NCBI GenBank assembly: GCA_034927595.1
Contig: JAYFPQ010000065.1
Location: 2,994-66,993 of the forward strand
Reading direction: 5' to 3'
DNA from: Christensenella sp.
GTDB lineage: Bacteria > Bacillota > Clostridia > Christensenellales > CAG-138
DNA length: 64,000 bases
Position 1 is the stretch's first letter. Each line of letters starts with the position of its first letter. This document shows positions 43,530 through 56,721 of this stretch, piece after piece. A program made the position numbers and the translations under genes. The notes beneath the pieces are model-generated. The model saw only the letters and a list, made by a program, of their open reading frames with translations, did not search any database and was not told the origin of the DNA.

Positions 43530-44201
43530 TTGAGCACTCCAACGCCCATCGACGGCACCCTCCGTAAGTTCGCTCTGCGAATTCCGGAGGCGATTCATTC
43601 CTGCAGCGGGATTCCCATCTTCGGCAAATGCATTCGTTCCATCGTATTTTCCACCGATCTTGCCATCATTCGAAACATCAATGCAGACGCGATTATGGCG
43701 GTGTATCCGTTTACGCCGCAGCCGGTCATTACGCAGGCGATTCTCTCGGCGGCGGATATTCCCGTGTTCGCGGGCGTCGGCGGCGGACTGACGCAGGGCA
43801 AGCGCGTGGTGCACATGGCTTCCTACGCGGAGATGCAGGGCGCGATTGGCGTTGTGGTCAATGCGCCGACGGCGAACGAGGTCATTCGCGAGGTGGCGGA
43901 CACCATCGATATTCCGGTGATCGTGACCGTTGCCCGCGCGGATACGGACATCTCCGCGCGACTGCTTGCGGGCACGTCGATCCTAAACGTATCCGCCGCG
44001 GCACAGACCGCCGAGGTGGTGCGTTCGATTCGCGAACGCTATCCCGATCTGCCGATCATTGCAACCGGCGGGCCGAGCGCGGAGTCGATTCAGCAGACGA
44101 TTGACGCGGGCGCGAACGCAATCACCTGGACGCCGCCTTCGAGCGCCGAAATATTCAAGAGCATTATGGCGGCTTACCGCGCGGGCGAACAGCACCCGTA
44201 A
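43530..44201 (+). CDS. uncharacterised TIM-barrel-like (phosphate-binding barrel) protein
   Basis: Alternating beta/alpha pattern with GVGGG and IIATGGP glycine-rich loops near the strand ends. The start is uncertain: TTG at 43530 lies 9 nt after AGGAGG, and an alternative GTG is at 43521. Confidence 0.6.
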   Translation: MSTPTPIDGTLRKFALRIPEAIHSCSGIPIFGKCIRSIVFSTDLAIIRNINADAIMAVYPFTPQPVITQAILSAADIPVFAGVGGGLTQGKRVVHMASYAEMQGAIGVVVNAPTANEVIREVADTIDIPVIVTVARADTDISARLLAGTSILNVSAAAQTAEVVRSIRERYPDLPIIATGGPSAESIQQTIDAGANAITWTPPSSAEIFKSIMAAYRAGEQHP

Positions 44202-47372
<3,171 letters not shown>

Positions 47373-47391
47373 GAAACAAGAGCAAACAAAC

Positions 47392-47417
47392 AGGGACGCG
47401 GAGAAGTTCGCGTCCCT
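47392..47417. terminator. bidirectional terminator hairpin
   Basis: AGGGACGCG-GAGAAGTT-CGCGTCCCT followed by TTG, between convergent genes. Confidence 0.55.
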
Positions 47418-47444
47418 TTGCGTTGATGGAAATTCTAAGACTGA

Positions 47445-48371
47445 TTACGGTTCCGGCGTTGCGGGCAGGGTGTAATAGCGAACGTAGTCGACGAGCATTT
47501 GCTGCGGAAAAACCGCGTCGTCTACGCCCTTTGCGCCGCCCCAGGTGCCGCCGACCGCCAGGTTCAGAATCAGATGAAACGGAACGTCAAATGGCCATGT
47601 TTCCGACGAGGCGTTCTCCGCTCTGCGGTAATTCAGCGCTTCCACGCCGTCCTGATAGATCCGCAGGGAATCCTCCGTCCAGAGCAGCCCGTAGATGTGG
47701 AACGTGTCGTCTTTTTTTGTCAGGCGCGAGGAGGCCGTAATCGCGTTGTTTGAAACGGCATTGTTCTGGAAAGTGTGGATGGAATGATGCACGCGCTTTG
47801 CGTCGTATCCAACCCGCTCCGCCACATCGATTTCGCCGGAATGCAGGTACCCGCCGTAGCGCAAATCGGTTGGCAGCAGCCAGACAGCCGACCAGGTGCC
47901 CTTGCCAACGGGGAGCGCCGCGCGCACCTCGATATAGCCATAGGTGAGATCGAGTTTACCCTGCGTTGTCAGCCGCGCGGAGGTGTAGGAACGTCCCTCG
48001 AACGCTTCCGCGCGCGCTTCGATCACGAGATTGCCATCCTCGATCCATGCATTTTCCGGACGGTAGTACTCCAGCTCTTCGTTGTAAGGCCAAGGCCCCG
48101 TTTCGAAGTTCCAGACGGTTTCGTCGATCTGTGGTTGGTCAAACTCGTCCGCAAAGGCGAGCACGTAACCCTCCGGCGGGCCCGGCGTCGGCGAGGGGGA
48201 GGGTGTTGGCGAAGGGGTAGGCGAGGGAGTTGGCGTTGGCGAGAGGGTTGGGGACGGCGTCGGCGTTTGAATCGATGGCTTTGGCGCTTCTGCCACGGGC
48301 AGACTTGGCGCGCAAGCGGCGCATGCGGCAAACAACAGAACAACCGCAAGTCGGAACACGGTTTGTCTCAT
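47445..48371 (-). CDS. GH16 beta-glucanase lipoprotein with a PT-rich linker
   Basis: GAGGAGG RBS. Lipobox LLFAAC. Linker TPTPSPTLSPTPTPSPTPSPTPSPSPTP. Catalytic motif GEIDVAE. Confidence 0.85.
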   Translation of the reverse strand: MRQTVFRLAVVLLFAACAACAPSLPVAEAPKPSIQTPTPSPTLSPTPTPSPTPSPTPSPSPTPGPPEGYVLAFADEFDQPQIDETVWNFETGPWPYNEELEYYRPENAWIEDGNLVIEARAEAFEGRSYTSARLTTQGKLDLTYGYIEVRAALPVGKGTWSAVWLLPTDLRYGGYLHSGEIDVAERVGYDAKRVHHSIHTFQNNAVSNNAITASSRLTKKDDTFHIYGLLWTEDSLRIYQDGVEALNYRRAENASSETWPFDVPFHLILNLAVGGTWGGAKGVDDAVFPQQMLVDYVRYYTLPATPEP

Positions 48372-48446
48372 CGAATCCTCCTCACAACTGGATTTGGGTG
48401 TCGATCGAGCTTGAGTGGGCAGAGATCGCTGCCATCACCCGTTCTC

Positions 48447-48986
48447 TTATTTATGCTCAAATATCCGCTCGGTATTAAACCACGCACGCTCACCGAATGG
48501 CTTTTTTACAGGGCGCTTGACGGGCTCCGAGGCGACGCCGATGGGCAGGTAGCAAACCAGTTCGTATTCCTGTGGAATGCCGAGGAAGTCCGCCATCTGG
48601 CGGCCAATGCGATCCACGTCGGTAACCTGCCCTTCGACCCAGCAGCTTTCATAACCGAGCGAAACCGCCGCCAGCAGAATGTTTTGAATCGCGGCGGAAT
48701 AGTCCTGAATATAAAATGTGCGGTCGCGATAAGCGATGGTCTTCTGCGCGAGCACAAGGATCATTGCAGGGGCGGTGTCGCCAATGTGTTTCTGCGTCAG
48801 CGCGACGAGCGGTTTGAGCAGCGCGGGATCGTCGATGGCGACGAGGTTGGTCGTCTGCTTGTTGCAGCCGGAGGGTGCGGATAGCCCCGCCTCGAGCAGC
48901 TGCTGCAGGTGTTCGCGCGGAACGGGAGTTGGTTCGTATTTACCGCGATAACTGGTGCGGGCAAAAATCGTAGAGAGGGTGTCCAT
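48447..48986 (-). CDS. nitroreductase family protein
   Basis: AAGGAG RBS. Motifs RTSYRGKY and LEAGLSAPSGCNKQ. Confidence 0.85.
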   Translation of the reverse strand: MDTLSTIFARTSYRGKYEPTPVPREHLQQLLEAGLSAPSGCNKQTTNLVAIDDPALLKPLVALTQKHIGDTAPAMILVLAQKTIAYRDRTFYIQDYSAAIQNILLAAVSLGYESCWVEGQVTDVDRIGRQMADFLGIPQEYELVCYLPIGVASEPVKRPVKKPFGERAWFNTERIFEHK

Positions 48987-49164
48987 CGAGTCGCTCCTTT
49001 GCTGCCTTACGTAAAATGGTGTGGGATGCTGTATAAATTATTCTATCGCGTATCTGCTGTACATGCAAATAGAAAGGGATAAACGGTAGAATGACGTCAC
49101 ATTTCGCATTGAAACCAGTTTCATTCGTTGCTATAATAACATAAGCTGTGCTGGTGGAGGTTAT

Positions 49165-50247
49165 ATGAACGAACGAAATCACGAGATCGATTTTTTTCGG
49201 CTGGTATTTGCCTTGTTTATCATGGGGCATCATGCGGCTGGGTTACTTGGCTGGAACCATTGCAAAGACGGGGCTATCGGAGTTGAGTTTTTCTTTGTTG
49301 TCGCCGGTGTCTTCTTTGCCCGATCCATCAAACGTGTCGCGTGCGATCCGGATCTGAATCCCCCAAAGTCACTCTATCGTGACTCGGTTCGCTTTATCTT
49401 TCATAAGATCAGCATTTTCTATCCATACTTCCTATTTTCCTTCATTGTTGCATTCACTGTGCGTCAGATGATTCCTGGAATCCGGCTGTGGAATATTTTG
49501 GAAAACGGCGTTGGTTCCATATGGGAACTGTTGATGCTTCAAACGGCGGGATATGCCGGTTATTGGCCGACCGGCACCGGCTGGTACCTTTCCGCGTTGA
49601 TTCTCGCACAGTGGATTCTTTACCCGCTGGCGCGCAAGAACTATCATCGGTTTATTTATTGGATTTCGCCACTGGCAGTCATTCTGATTAACGGTATCTC
49701 CAACTATAATTACCCGACCATTCACGGTACGGTCGATCTGTTTCTTGGATTCGCTTCTCGCGGAATACTACGCGCGATCAACGAAATCTGTCTGGGTTCC
49801 ATTGCGTATGAAGTTGCATTGTGGCTCGCAAAGCTCAGTTTAACAAAACTGGCGCGCGGCTTATTGACTGCGCTGGAGGTGTTCTGCTACGGTTTTACCA
49901 TCGCAAGCGCCTGGTATATGCCGATTTCGCAATACGATTACGTCCTGTTATTACTGATTGCCATCGCTGTCACCATAACGATCAGCGGACAAGGCTTAAT
50001 CGGCTCCTGGTTCCAAGGGCGGCTGCCGCTGGCAAAATTCAGCCTCGTGCTGTTTATGAATCACTTCTACTGGGCTTTAGCCATTCAGGTTTGGCTCCCT
50101 CAATGGAGCGCCGCGCAGAAGACGCTGTTGTTCTTCGGGATTTCGTTTGTCACCGCGATTGTGTGCCTCATTGTGGTGGATGCGATCAAGAGGACCTTCA
50201 AACCAGAGGTTTGGAAGAAGCGTTTATTGAAAGAAGAACCCGTTTAA
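49165..50247 (+). CDS. acyltransferase family 3 membrane O-acyltransferase
   Basis: GGAGG RBS. N-terminal motif EIDFFRLVFALFIMGHH. About 10 TM helices. Confidence 0.8.
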   Translation: MNERNHEIDFFRLVFALFIMGHHAAGLLGWNHCKDGAIGVEFFFVVAGVFFARSIKRVACDPDLNPPKSLYRDSVRFIFHKISIFYPYFLFSFIVAFTVRQMIPGIRLWNILENGVGSIWELLMLQTAGYAGYWPTGTGWYLSALILAQWILYPLARKNYHRFIYWISPLAVILINGISNYNYPTIHGTVDLFLGFASRGILRAINEICLGSIAYEVALWLAKLSLTKLARGLLTALEVFCYGFTIASAWYMPISQYDYVLLLLIAIAVTITISGQGLIGSWFQGRLPLAKFSLVLFMNHFYWALAIQVWLPQWSAAQKTLLFFGISFVTAIVCLIVVDAIKRTFKPEVWKKRLLKEEPV

Positions 50248-50320
50248 TCGAGAGTATCCTTCCTTGGCGAAAAAGAGACCGGCGACAAAACCGGCCTCTT
50301 TGTTTTTGTTCGAATGAATG

Positions 50321-51571
50321 CTAAAAGCTTCCGCGATCCGTGCTGTCGTCGTTTATATACGTTGCATCTTTTGAGTCGCGCGTGGAGATCTCATAGATGT
50401 ACTCGCTTTCCAGCGTGAATTCGTAGGTGTCTCCGAAGAGCTGTCGATAGTATACGCCCTCGTCGCCAAACATATCCTCCGGACCAAACCAGCGCGTGCC
50501 ATACGCCTGGTTGAGCGTATAGGTGCCTTCGGGCACGCGGACGGTCGCCTTCTTTTCGGAAGAAATGTAGAACGAACAGACGAGATCCCCGTTGGCGGCA
50601 TAGAGCTTGAGAAACGAATCATTTGAACTGGAGTTGTAAACCGTAAGTTGCGTTTGGCTGAAATTGTAATTCTCGTTGTGGTAGAGCTCGCCGTTCTTTG
50701 GCGCGGCAAGGACGCAGGCATCCGCACGCAGAAATGCGCCGTCGAAGTCGCCCAGTGCGGCAAATGATTTGTATGCCTCGTAATTCTTGCCATCGGCGAG
50801 CAACTGCTCGGCGGCGGCAAAGTCGATCTTGTTGTCGCAGAGTTCAAGTTTATCGTTCGCATCCTCAAAGTTGCTTTTCGCGGGTGCCGCCAGTTTTACT
50901 GCTGCGGCGGTGTAGTCGCCCTGCTCCATGAGCGCGCAGGCGGCCTGATAGTCCAGCGTGTCCGAGCAGAAGCGGGCACGTTCCTTCGAATTGTTGAAAT
51001 CGCCAAGCGCTTCGAACCCTGCTTGTGCTGCCGCGAAATCTCCGGCGGTTTCCAGATCGTCCGCTGCGGCATAATCGATTCGGTTCTGGCAGAACACCGC
51101 CATGTCCGCCGAATCCTGAAAGTCGCCGAGCGAGAGGAAGATCTGTTTTGCTTCGGTCGTGTCGTCGTAGCGATACGGTTCAATCAGGTTGCTCGCGCGG
51201 CTATAGGACGCCCAGTTCTGGCTTTCGATCGTGCGGTCGGCGGAATCCTTAAAGTGCCCTAGCTTGGCAAACGCCTCCGCCGCCTGAGAGTATTTCTCAG
51301 AGTCGAACAGCGCGGAAGCTTCCTCGTAGTTCTTCTGGCGAATCGTTCCGAAGACAATCAGAAATAGGATGACGAGCATCGAAAGCCCCACGATGGCGAG
51401 AACCGTGCGCCGCACCTTGGTGGCCGCTTTGTTCTGCAAACCGGTGGAAGCATCCTGCGTTTGGTTCAACAGCGCCGAGAGGTCGGGCGTGGGGGTAGGG
51501 TCGCTGGAAGGAGTGACGGGTGTCGAGGGGGTGTTGTCGGGCAAGTTGGGTTCAGTCGTTTTGAAGGCCAT
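50321..51571 (-). CDS. single-pass membrane protein with 4-5 GDFxDS repeats and a C-terminal beta-rich domain
   Basis: GGAGGA RBS before MAFKTTEP. One TM helix (VLAIVGLSMLVILFLIVFG). Repeats: LGHFKDSADR, LGDFQDSADM, LGDFNNSKER, SNFEDANDK, LGDFDGAF. Confidence 0.6.
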   Translation of the reverse strand: MAFKTTEPNLPDNTPSTPVTPSSDPTPTPDLSALLNQTQDASTGLQNKAATKVRRTVLAIVGLSMLVILFLIVFGTIRQKNYEEASALFDSEKYSQAAEAFAKLGHFKDSADRTIESQNWASYSRASNLIEPYRYDDTTEAKQIFLSLGDFQDSADMAVFCQNRIDYAAADDLETAGDFAAAQAGFEALGDFNNSKERARFCSDTLDYQAACALMEQGDYTAAAVKLAAPAKSNFEDANDKLELCDNKIDFAAAEQLLADGKNYEAYKSFAALGDFDGAFLRADACVLAAPKNGELYHNENYNFSQTQLTVYNSSSNDSFLKLYAANGDLVCSFYISSEKKATVRVPEGTYTLNQAYGTRWFGPEDMFGDEGVYYRQLFGDTYEFTLESEYIYEISTRDSKDATYINDDSTDRGSF

Positions 51572-51867
51572 GATGTGTTTTCCTCCATAGAATATATGTA
51601 TCAGCAATGTGCGAGTCTGGTGCGTCGTGAATAAATACATGGATCAAAAGGGCTGGAAGATGATTCATAGGCGATTCTGATATAGGAATAGATGATACAC
51701 GCAAAGTATCTTCTCTACCAGTATACCGAGTAAGAATCAGGAAGACAAGTGGACAAGAGGATTTGGTTGGGAAGTCTATGAAATGAGGATATGGATAGTA
51801 GAACAAAGCTATGACAAGAAAAGTTTTACACTTCGCCTTGCTCGAATTTCGAAGAGCCAATATATAG

Positions 51868-51993
51868 GAACTGGAAATAGTCAAGACAGACTGCGGGCTG
51901 TCTCAGCGAATCAAAGTCGATAGCGAGCCTGAGTTCGCCACCCGGGCGCTGAACGCCTGGGTGTAATTCAACAAGGTCGAATATGTGGACTCA
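51868..51993 (+). pseudogene. relic of an IS3-family (IS407-like) transposase OrfB integrase core
   Basis: Translates to ...QRIKVDSEPEFATRALNAWV*FNKVEYVDS*. This aligns with the rve-core block IRVDNGPEFISKALDRWAYENGVTLDFS. It has an in-frame stop and is truncated at both ends. Confidence 0.45.
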
Positions 51994-52036
51994 TAATCTG
52001 TTGTATCTCTCTAATCTGAGGGAGAATACGGAGTAG

Positions 52037-54013
52037 CTAATCAACATAAGCTTTTGGAACTGCATATACATAAGTAAAACCGTTAATCTCAAATGAGCGG
52101 ATGATATCGTAATTGCGATATAAATATAACATTGTGTATGGAAAATCTAACGATTGCTCATAGGGATTAATGAATATTGGAGCATCGTTCTTCTGAATGA
52201 TTGTAGCATAGAAGTCCCATGCGGTTTGAGATAACCCTATTGCGGGCGCATCACAGACTCGAATACTGTTTTCCCATCCGAGTTGCGAGTATATATATGC
52301 GGTACCATTTCCGAGCGCATTTGTGTTTGGGGGCACAGTCTGACGGATTTCACTCAATACGGCGTTCTCTTTACGAACCTGCTCAGAAATAGACTGAATT
52401 TGTGTTGGCTGAAACTGGATCCCTAAAACGACTGCCATGATGCAAAGCAAGAACAGAATGGAACCTGAGAATACTTTTAGAGAACGAGCTAGAATTGTCA
52501 TGACACTATTTTGGGGATTATAAACGCACCAGTCAGTCGCCCACTGCGCAAGCACACCGATTAGTAAACAGGTAACATAGAATACGATATAGAGACCTCC
52601 GAATCCAGCTCTGTTGACAAAGAAAATCAAGGAACCCAGGCCCAGAATTGCCAAACCAGCACATGTTATTTGGGCATTGGTGGAGCCACCGCCACGAAGC
52701 AATCGACTTTTCAAAAAGCATATCCCGACAAAGAATATAAAAATAAGTGTTATATGCAGCCATAGACTGTTTCCTGATTGAAGCGGAATTTGTAAACCTC
52801 TTACAAAATCAACACTCCGCCCTAAACTCAATATCGGTACAACAAAAAGACGAAAAGAGAGTGGCTCGCCTCCATTGATTAGATTCCAAAGAGTGGTCAT
52901 CCCCCAAGCGGCGAAAAATGCTGCAATGCATGACATTCCATACACAAAAGTTCTAATTAGGAGTGAAGGTAGACGAATGCCTTCTCTGTTTAAAGTCGAA
53001 AGAATCAGCAGACAAGAAGTTGCTACAGCACAGACTAAGCCTGTTTCTAAGTTCCACTGAATAGCAAAGGCTGCTAAAACGAACAGAAATATTTGGTAAG
53101 AAATTTTCTGCAACTTCTTTTTGTATACGCCCCAAGTAAAAATAGCGCTAAAGAGAGCAATAAACAAAAATCGATGAGGATATCCTTGATAAGAAACATA
53201 CCCGATATAGTTTCCTGCACACATACAAACGGAAGCTATTACGGTCATTATCTTGATCCATTGGTTTTTGATCAGTTTGTCAGCGCAGTAGCAATAACAA
53301 AGAAAGCATACGCCGCATAATACAGCCATTAACTCTGGGAAGTGGGCCAAACCAAAGATTTTCAATAGAGCGGACAAAACAATTGCATAATGGCCATATG
53401 TACCGTAATTCAAGGCACTGTAAGGTTCATTATAATAAGCATTGTATATGCTATTGAAATAAGCATCTTGATTATAGATTGTGAAAAAAGAGCTTAGATT
53501 TGATGGAAACCAACAAAAGAGAGTAACGAGAAGCGCTGCAAGAATTGAAACCAACCAAAATGCTTTGCTGCTACTCGTTTTTGCATCAAGAAACTGAAAC
53601 TTGTGCTGTAAAAAGTAGAGTATTGATAATATACAAGTTACGATCAAGATGAGATGTGAATATCGAAGATTCTGCCAACAAAACACCGTCGGGGCATTTT
53701 CCATTTCCAGCGTATGTACATACATATTGCATAAAATGAATGTCCATCCAGCCAGAAGAATCACCAATAATATTGTTCTATTCCGAGCGCTCAAGTCAGT
53801 TAAGAGCATTTGATCATTGCGCTTTGGAAGCACAAGCGTTAGTAATGAAAATGCCGTTAATACAAACATTGCTCCTGCTAAACTAAATAAGAACAGGAGC
53901 ACATCGCTAGACTCCTGGGTTGCATGACCCAAGGCATAGTCAATAAGAAAGCAAAAACTTGAGAATGCCATAATTAGTGTAACGAGATATGAAGCCTTAG
54001 AGCGTGTTTGCAT
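52037..54013 (-). CDS. large polytopic membrane protein (more than 12 TM), possibly a GT-C-like glycosyltransferase/polymerase, with a C-terminal soluble domain
   Basis: Long ORF in AT-richer DNA with a continuous hydrophobic helix pattern. I recognise no diagnostic motif, so the function is a guess. Start is at 54013 or 54031. Confidence 0.55.
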   Translation of the reverse strand: MQTRSKASYLVTLIMAFSSFCFLIDYALGHATQESSDVLLFLFSLAGAMFVLTAFSLLTLVLPKRNDQMLLTDLSARNRTILLVILLAGWTFILCNMYVHTLEMENAPTVFCWQNLRYSHLILIVTCILSILYFLQHKFQFLDAKTSSSKAFWLVSILAALLVTLFCWFPSNLSSFFTIYNQDAYFNSIYNAYYNEPYSALNYGTYGHYAIVLSALLKIFGLAHFPELMAVLCGVCFLCYCYCADKLIKNQWIKIMTVIASVCMCAGNYIGYVSYQGYPHRFLFIALFSAIFTWGVYKKKLQKISYQIFLFVLAAFAIQWNLETGLVCAVATSCLLILSTLNREGIRLPSLLIRTFVYGMSCIAAFFAAWGMTTLWNLINGGEPLSFRLFVVPILSLGRSVDFVRGLQIPLQSGNSLWLHITLIFIFFVGICFLKSRLLRGGGSTNAQITCAGLAILGLGSLIFFVNRAGFGGLYIVFYVTCLLIGVLAQWATDWCVYNPQNSVMTILARSLKVFSGSILFLLCIMAVVLGIQFQPTQIQSISEQVRKENAVLSEIRQTVPPNTNALGNGTAYIYSQLGWENSIRVCDAPAIGLSQTAWDFYATIIQKNDAPIFINPYEQSLDFPYTMLYLYRNYDIIRSFEINGFTYVYAVPKAYVD

Positions 54014-54280
54014 AGAAGTACTTCCCCACATGGTTTTATAAAAATTGTACAGCTTAGTACTTATATATAATGTTAAGTTTAATCGACAAAAGCTATTATA
54101 AACTACCAAAAACAGAAAAGCTACCATCCCAATGAATAAGAATCACACAGTGCAGTATTTTCATGTGTATACAGACTGGATCATTCAAATCCTTCTTCCC
54201 TCCGTTGCTTTCCCATCCCCATTGTGTTAAACTCACGGGAACACAACAGAGATTATCTTTCGGATTGGAGCCCAATACCC

Positions 54281-54550
54281 ATGCATGCCATTGTTACCGT
54301 CATCGGCCGCGACCGCGTCGGCATTATCGCGGGCATCTGCGTCGCGCTCGCCAACATCAACGTAAACGTTCTGGACATCAGCCAGACGATTCTCGGCGGC
54401 ATGTTCACGATGATTATGCTCGTGGACGTTCAGGACGCCAGCGTTCCGTTCGACCGGATTGCCACCGCGCTCGACGAAGAGGGCGAGCGGCTCGGCGTGA
54501 ACATTCGCATTCAGCGGGAAGACATCTTCAACGCCATGCACCGCGTCTAA
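54281..54550 (+). CDS. ACT domain protein (UPF0237)
   Basis: The 89-aa sequence [36 protein letters not shown] is typical of the family. It sits upstream of its usual UPF0210 partner. Confidence 0.85.
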   Translation: MHAIVTVIGRDRVGIIAGICVALANINVNVLDISQTILGGMFTMIMLVDVQDASVPFDRIATALDEEGERLGVNIRIQREDIFNAMHRV

Positions 54551-54564
54551 GGGGGCGCCATTTC

Positions 54565-55923
54565 ATGATCGACCTCAAGGAAATATTCGAAACACAGCAC
54601 ATGATCGACCGCGAGCACCTCGACATTCGCACGATCACGATGGGCATTTCCCTTCGCGACTGCGCGCATAGCGACGTGAACATCGCGACTCGAAAGATAT
54701 ACGACAAGATTACGCATTGCGCAGAACGGCTCGTCTCCGTCGGCACGGACATTGAGCGCGAAATGGGAATCCCGATCGTTCATAAGCGCATCTCAGTGAC
54801 GCCCATGGCGCTGGTTGCCGAGGCGAGCGAAACGGAGGACTATGTTCCCTTTGCAAAGGCGATGGATCGCGCGGCGGAGACCTGCGGCGTGAACTTCATC
54901 GGCGGGTTTTCCGCGCTCGTGCAAAAGGGCTTTACCGTAGGCGACCGTCGGCTGATTCTATCCATTCCGGAAGCGCTCGCGACCACGAAATACGTCTGCT
55001 CATCCATCAACGTCGCCTCGACGCGCGCGGGCATCAACATGGACGCCGTGCGCCTCATGGGCGAAATCATCAAGGCAACTGCGGAGCGCACCGCCGATCA
55101 GGGCGGACTGGGCTGCGCAAAGCTCGTGGTCTTCTGTAACGCCGTGGAGGACAACCCGTTTATGGCGGGCGCGTTCCACGGAACGGGCGAGGCGGAGTGC
55201 GTCATCAACGTTGGTGTGTCCGGCCCCGGCGTGGTGCACCATGCGCTCAAGGAAGTGCGCGGCGCGTCGATTGACGTTGTCGCCGAAACGGTCAAGAAGA
55301 CCGCGTTTAAGGTGACGCGCATGGGGCAGCTCATTGCGCGCGAAGCGAGCATTCGGCTCAACGTTCCCTTTGGCATCGTCGATCTCAGCCTAGCGCCGAC
55401 GCCCGCGCAGGGAGATTCCGTTGCGCGGATTCTCGAGGAAATGGGGCTGGAACGCTGCGGAACCCACGGCACCACAGCGGCGCTCGCGCTGCTCAACGAC
55501 GCGGTGAAAAAGGGCGGGGTCATGGCCTCGTCGCAGGTTGGCGGGCTCTCCGGCGCGTTCATTCCGGTTTCGGAGGACGAGGGGATGATTGCTGCCGCGT
55601 TGGCGGGTACGCTCACGATTGACAAGCTCGAAGCGATGACCTGCGTCTGCTCCGTCGGGCTGGACATGATCGCTGTCCCCGGTGACACGCCCGCCGAGAC
55701 GCTCTCCGCAATCATCGCCGACGAAGCCGCGATTGGCATGATCAACAACAAGACCACCGCCGTGCGCATCATTCCCGCGCCGGGCAAACAGGTTGGCGAT
55801 CTCATCGAGATGGGCGGCCTGCTCGGCAGCGCGCCGGTGATGCCGGTGCATACGGAATCCAGCGCGGCGTTCATTCAGCGCGGTGGGCGCATTCCCGCGC
55901 CGCTCAACGCGCTGCGCAATTAA
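54565..55923 (+). CDS. UPF0210 (DUF711) protein
   Basis: Family-typical sequence [30 protein letters not shown]. 452 aa. The tracked ORF's 134-codon N-terminal extension overlaps the ACT gene and is rejected. Confidence 0.88.
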   Translation: MIDLKEIFETQHMIDREHLDIRTITMGISLRDCAHSDVNIATRKIYDKITHCAERLVSVGTDIEREMGIPIVHKRISVTPMALVAEASETEDYVPFAKAMDRAAETCGVNFIGGFSALVQKGFTVGDRRLILSIPEALATTKYVCSSINVASTRAGINMDAVRLMGEIIKATAERTADQGGLGCAKLVVFCNAVEDNPFMAGAFHGTGEAECVINVGVSGPGVVHHALKEVRGASIDVVAETVKKTAFKVTRMGQLIAREASIRLNVPFGIVDLSLAPTPAQGDSVARILEEMGLERCGTHGTTAALALLNDAVKKGGVMASSQVGGLSGAFIPVSEDEGMIAAALAGTLTIDKLEAMTCVCSVGLDMIAVPGDTPAETLSAIIADEAAIGMINNKTTAVRIIPAPGKQVGDLIEMGGLLGSAPVMPVHTESSAAFIQRGGRIPAPLNALRN

Positions 55924-55938
55924 CCGAACAAGCAACAT

Positions 55939-55966
55939 AAAAAGCAGCCCGCCGGAAGGCGGGCTG
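55939..55966. terminator. bidirectional intrinsic terminator
   Basis: AAAAAG-CAGCCCGCC-GGAA-GGCGGGCTG. The U-tract is on the minus-strand reading. Confidence 0.65.
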
Positions 55967-55983
55967 TCGTGTTATAGACGAAT

Positions 55984-56496
55984 TTAGTCTTGCGGTAAGT
56001 CGATTTCCGCCGGATCGTTCTCGCGCGGGTACACGCGCCAGCTTTCGCCGTTCGCGTCAAAATCCGCAATGTTCGGCAGCGGCATCTTCATGTATTTTCC
56101 CGTTGCGGTTGCGGCGACTTCGCCGCCGGGCAGCAGGAGTTCCCCTTCGCCGGTGAACACGCGGCGGTTGTTCGCGGTAATTCGGCCAACGACTTTGAGC
56201 TCAACGTCGTATGGCACGGGTTTCTTATATTGTAGTGAGAGCTCCGCGGTCACGGCCCAGGTATCCGGCTCGGCAATGTTGATTGCCCGGCCAATCGTCT
56301 CGTCCAGCAGCGCGGCGATGATTCCGCCATGCAGCCGCCCGGGATAGCTCTGGTGCTCGCTGTGCGGCGTTACGAGCGCGGCGAGCGAACCGTCCTCCAG
56401 CTCGTAAAAATCGGTGTGCAGTCCAAAGGGATTCTTGACCCCGCAGATGAAGCAATGGGTTGCAGCGTTCTGCTTTTTTAAGACGGTTTTCTTCAA
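55984..56496 (-). CDS. PaaI/hotdog-fold thioesterase
   Basis: Motifs CFICG and PGRLHGGIIAALLDETIG. A TTG start at 56496 lies 5 nt after GAGGTG; the alternative ATG at 56529 has no RBS. Confidence 0.7.
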   Translation of the reverse strand: MKKTVLKKQNAATHCFICGVKNPFGLHTDFYELEDGSLAALVTPHSEHQSYPGRLHGGIIAALLDETIGRAINIAEPDTWAVTAELSLQYKKPVPYDVELKVVGRITANNRRVFTGEGELLLPGGEVAATATGKYMKMPLPNIADFDANGESWRVYPRENDPAEIDLPQD

Positions 56497-56721
56497 ATTA
56501 TCACCTCGTTGTCTGGGGAATGAGATCATCGGCGTTTCGAACGAAACCGATTGGGCAGATCATAACAAATTTGGATGCTTCGTGCAAGAAGAAGCAGGTA
56601 GCATTTGATTTTTTATCGCCGGGGCAAACTTTCGCAAGACGGAGGTTGACAGGAAATTGCGCGTTACGATACGATAGACCGAACAAAACAATCCGCAAGC
56701 CCTAACAGAAGGAGAACTGGA

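Noticed and set aside
48180-48262. Short tandem nucleotide periodicity, considered as a possible repeat array or CRISPR; the same applies to 18110-18185
   Set aside because: Both stretches lie in frame inside exported proteins and encode Pro-Thr/Ser linkers. They lack spacer-repeat architecture.
54163-54564. N-terminal 134-codon extension of the UPF0210 ORF
   Set aside because: The extension is Arg/His-rich and overlaps the well-supported ACT-domain gene in another frame. The family-typical N-terminus MIDLKEIF starts at 54565.
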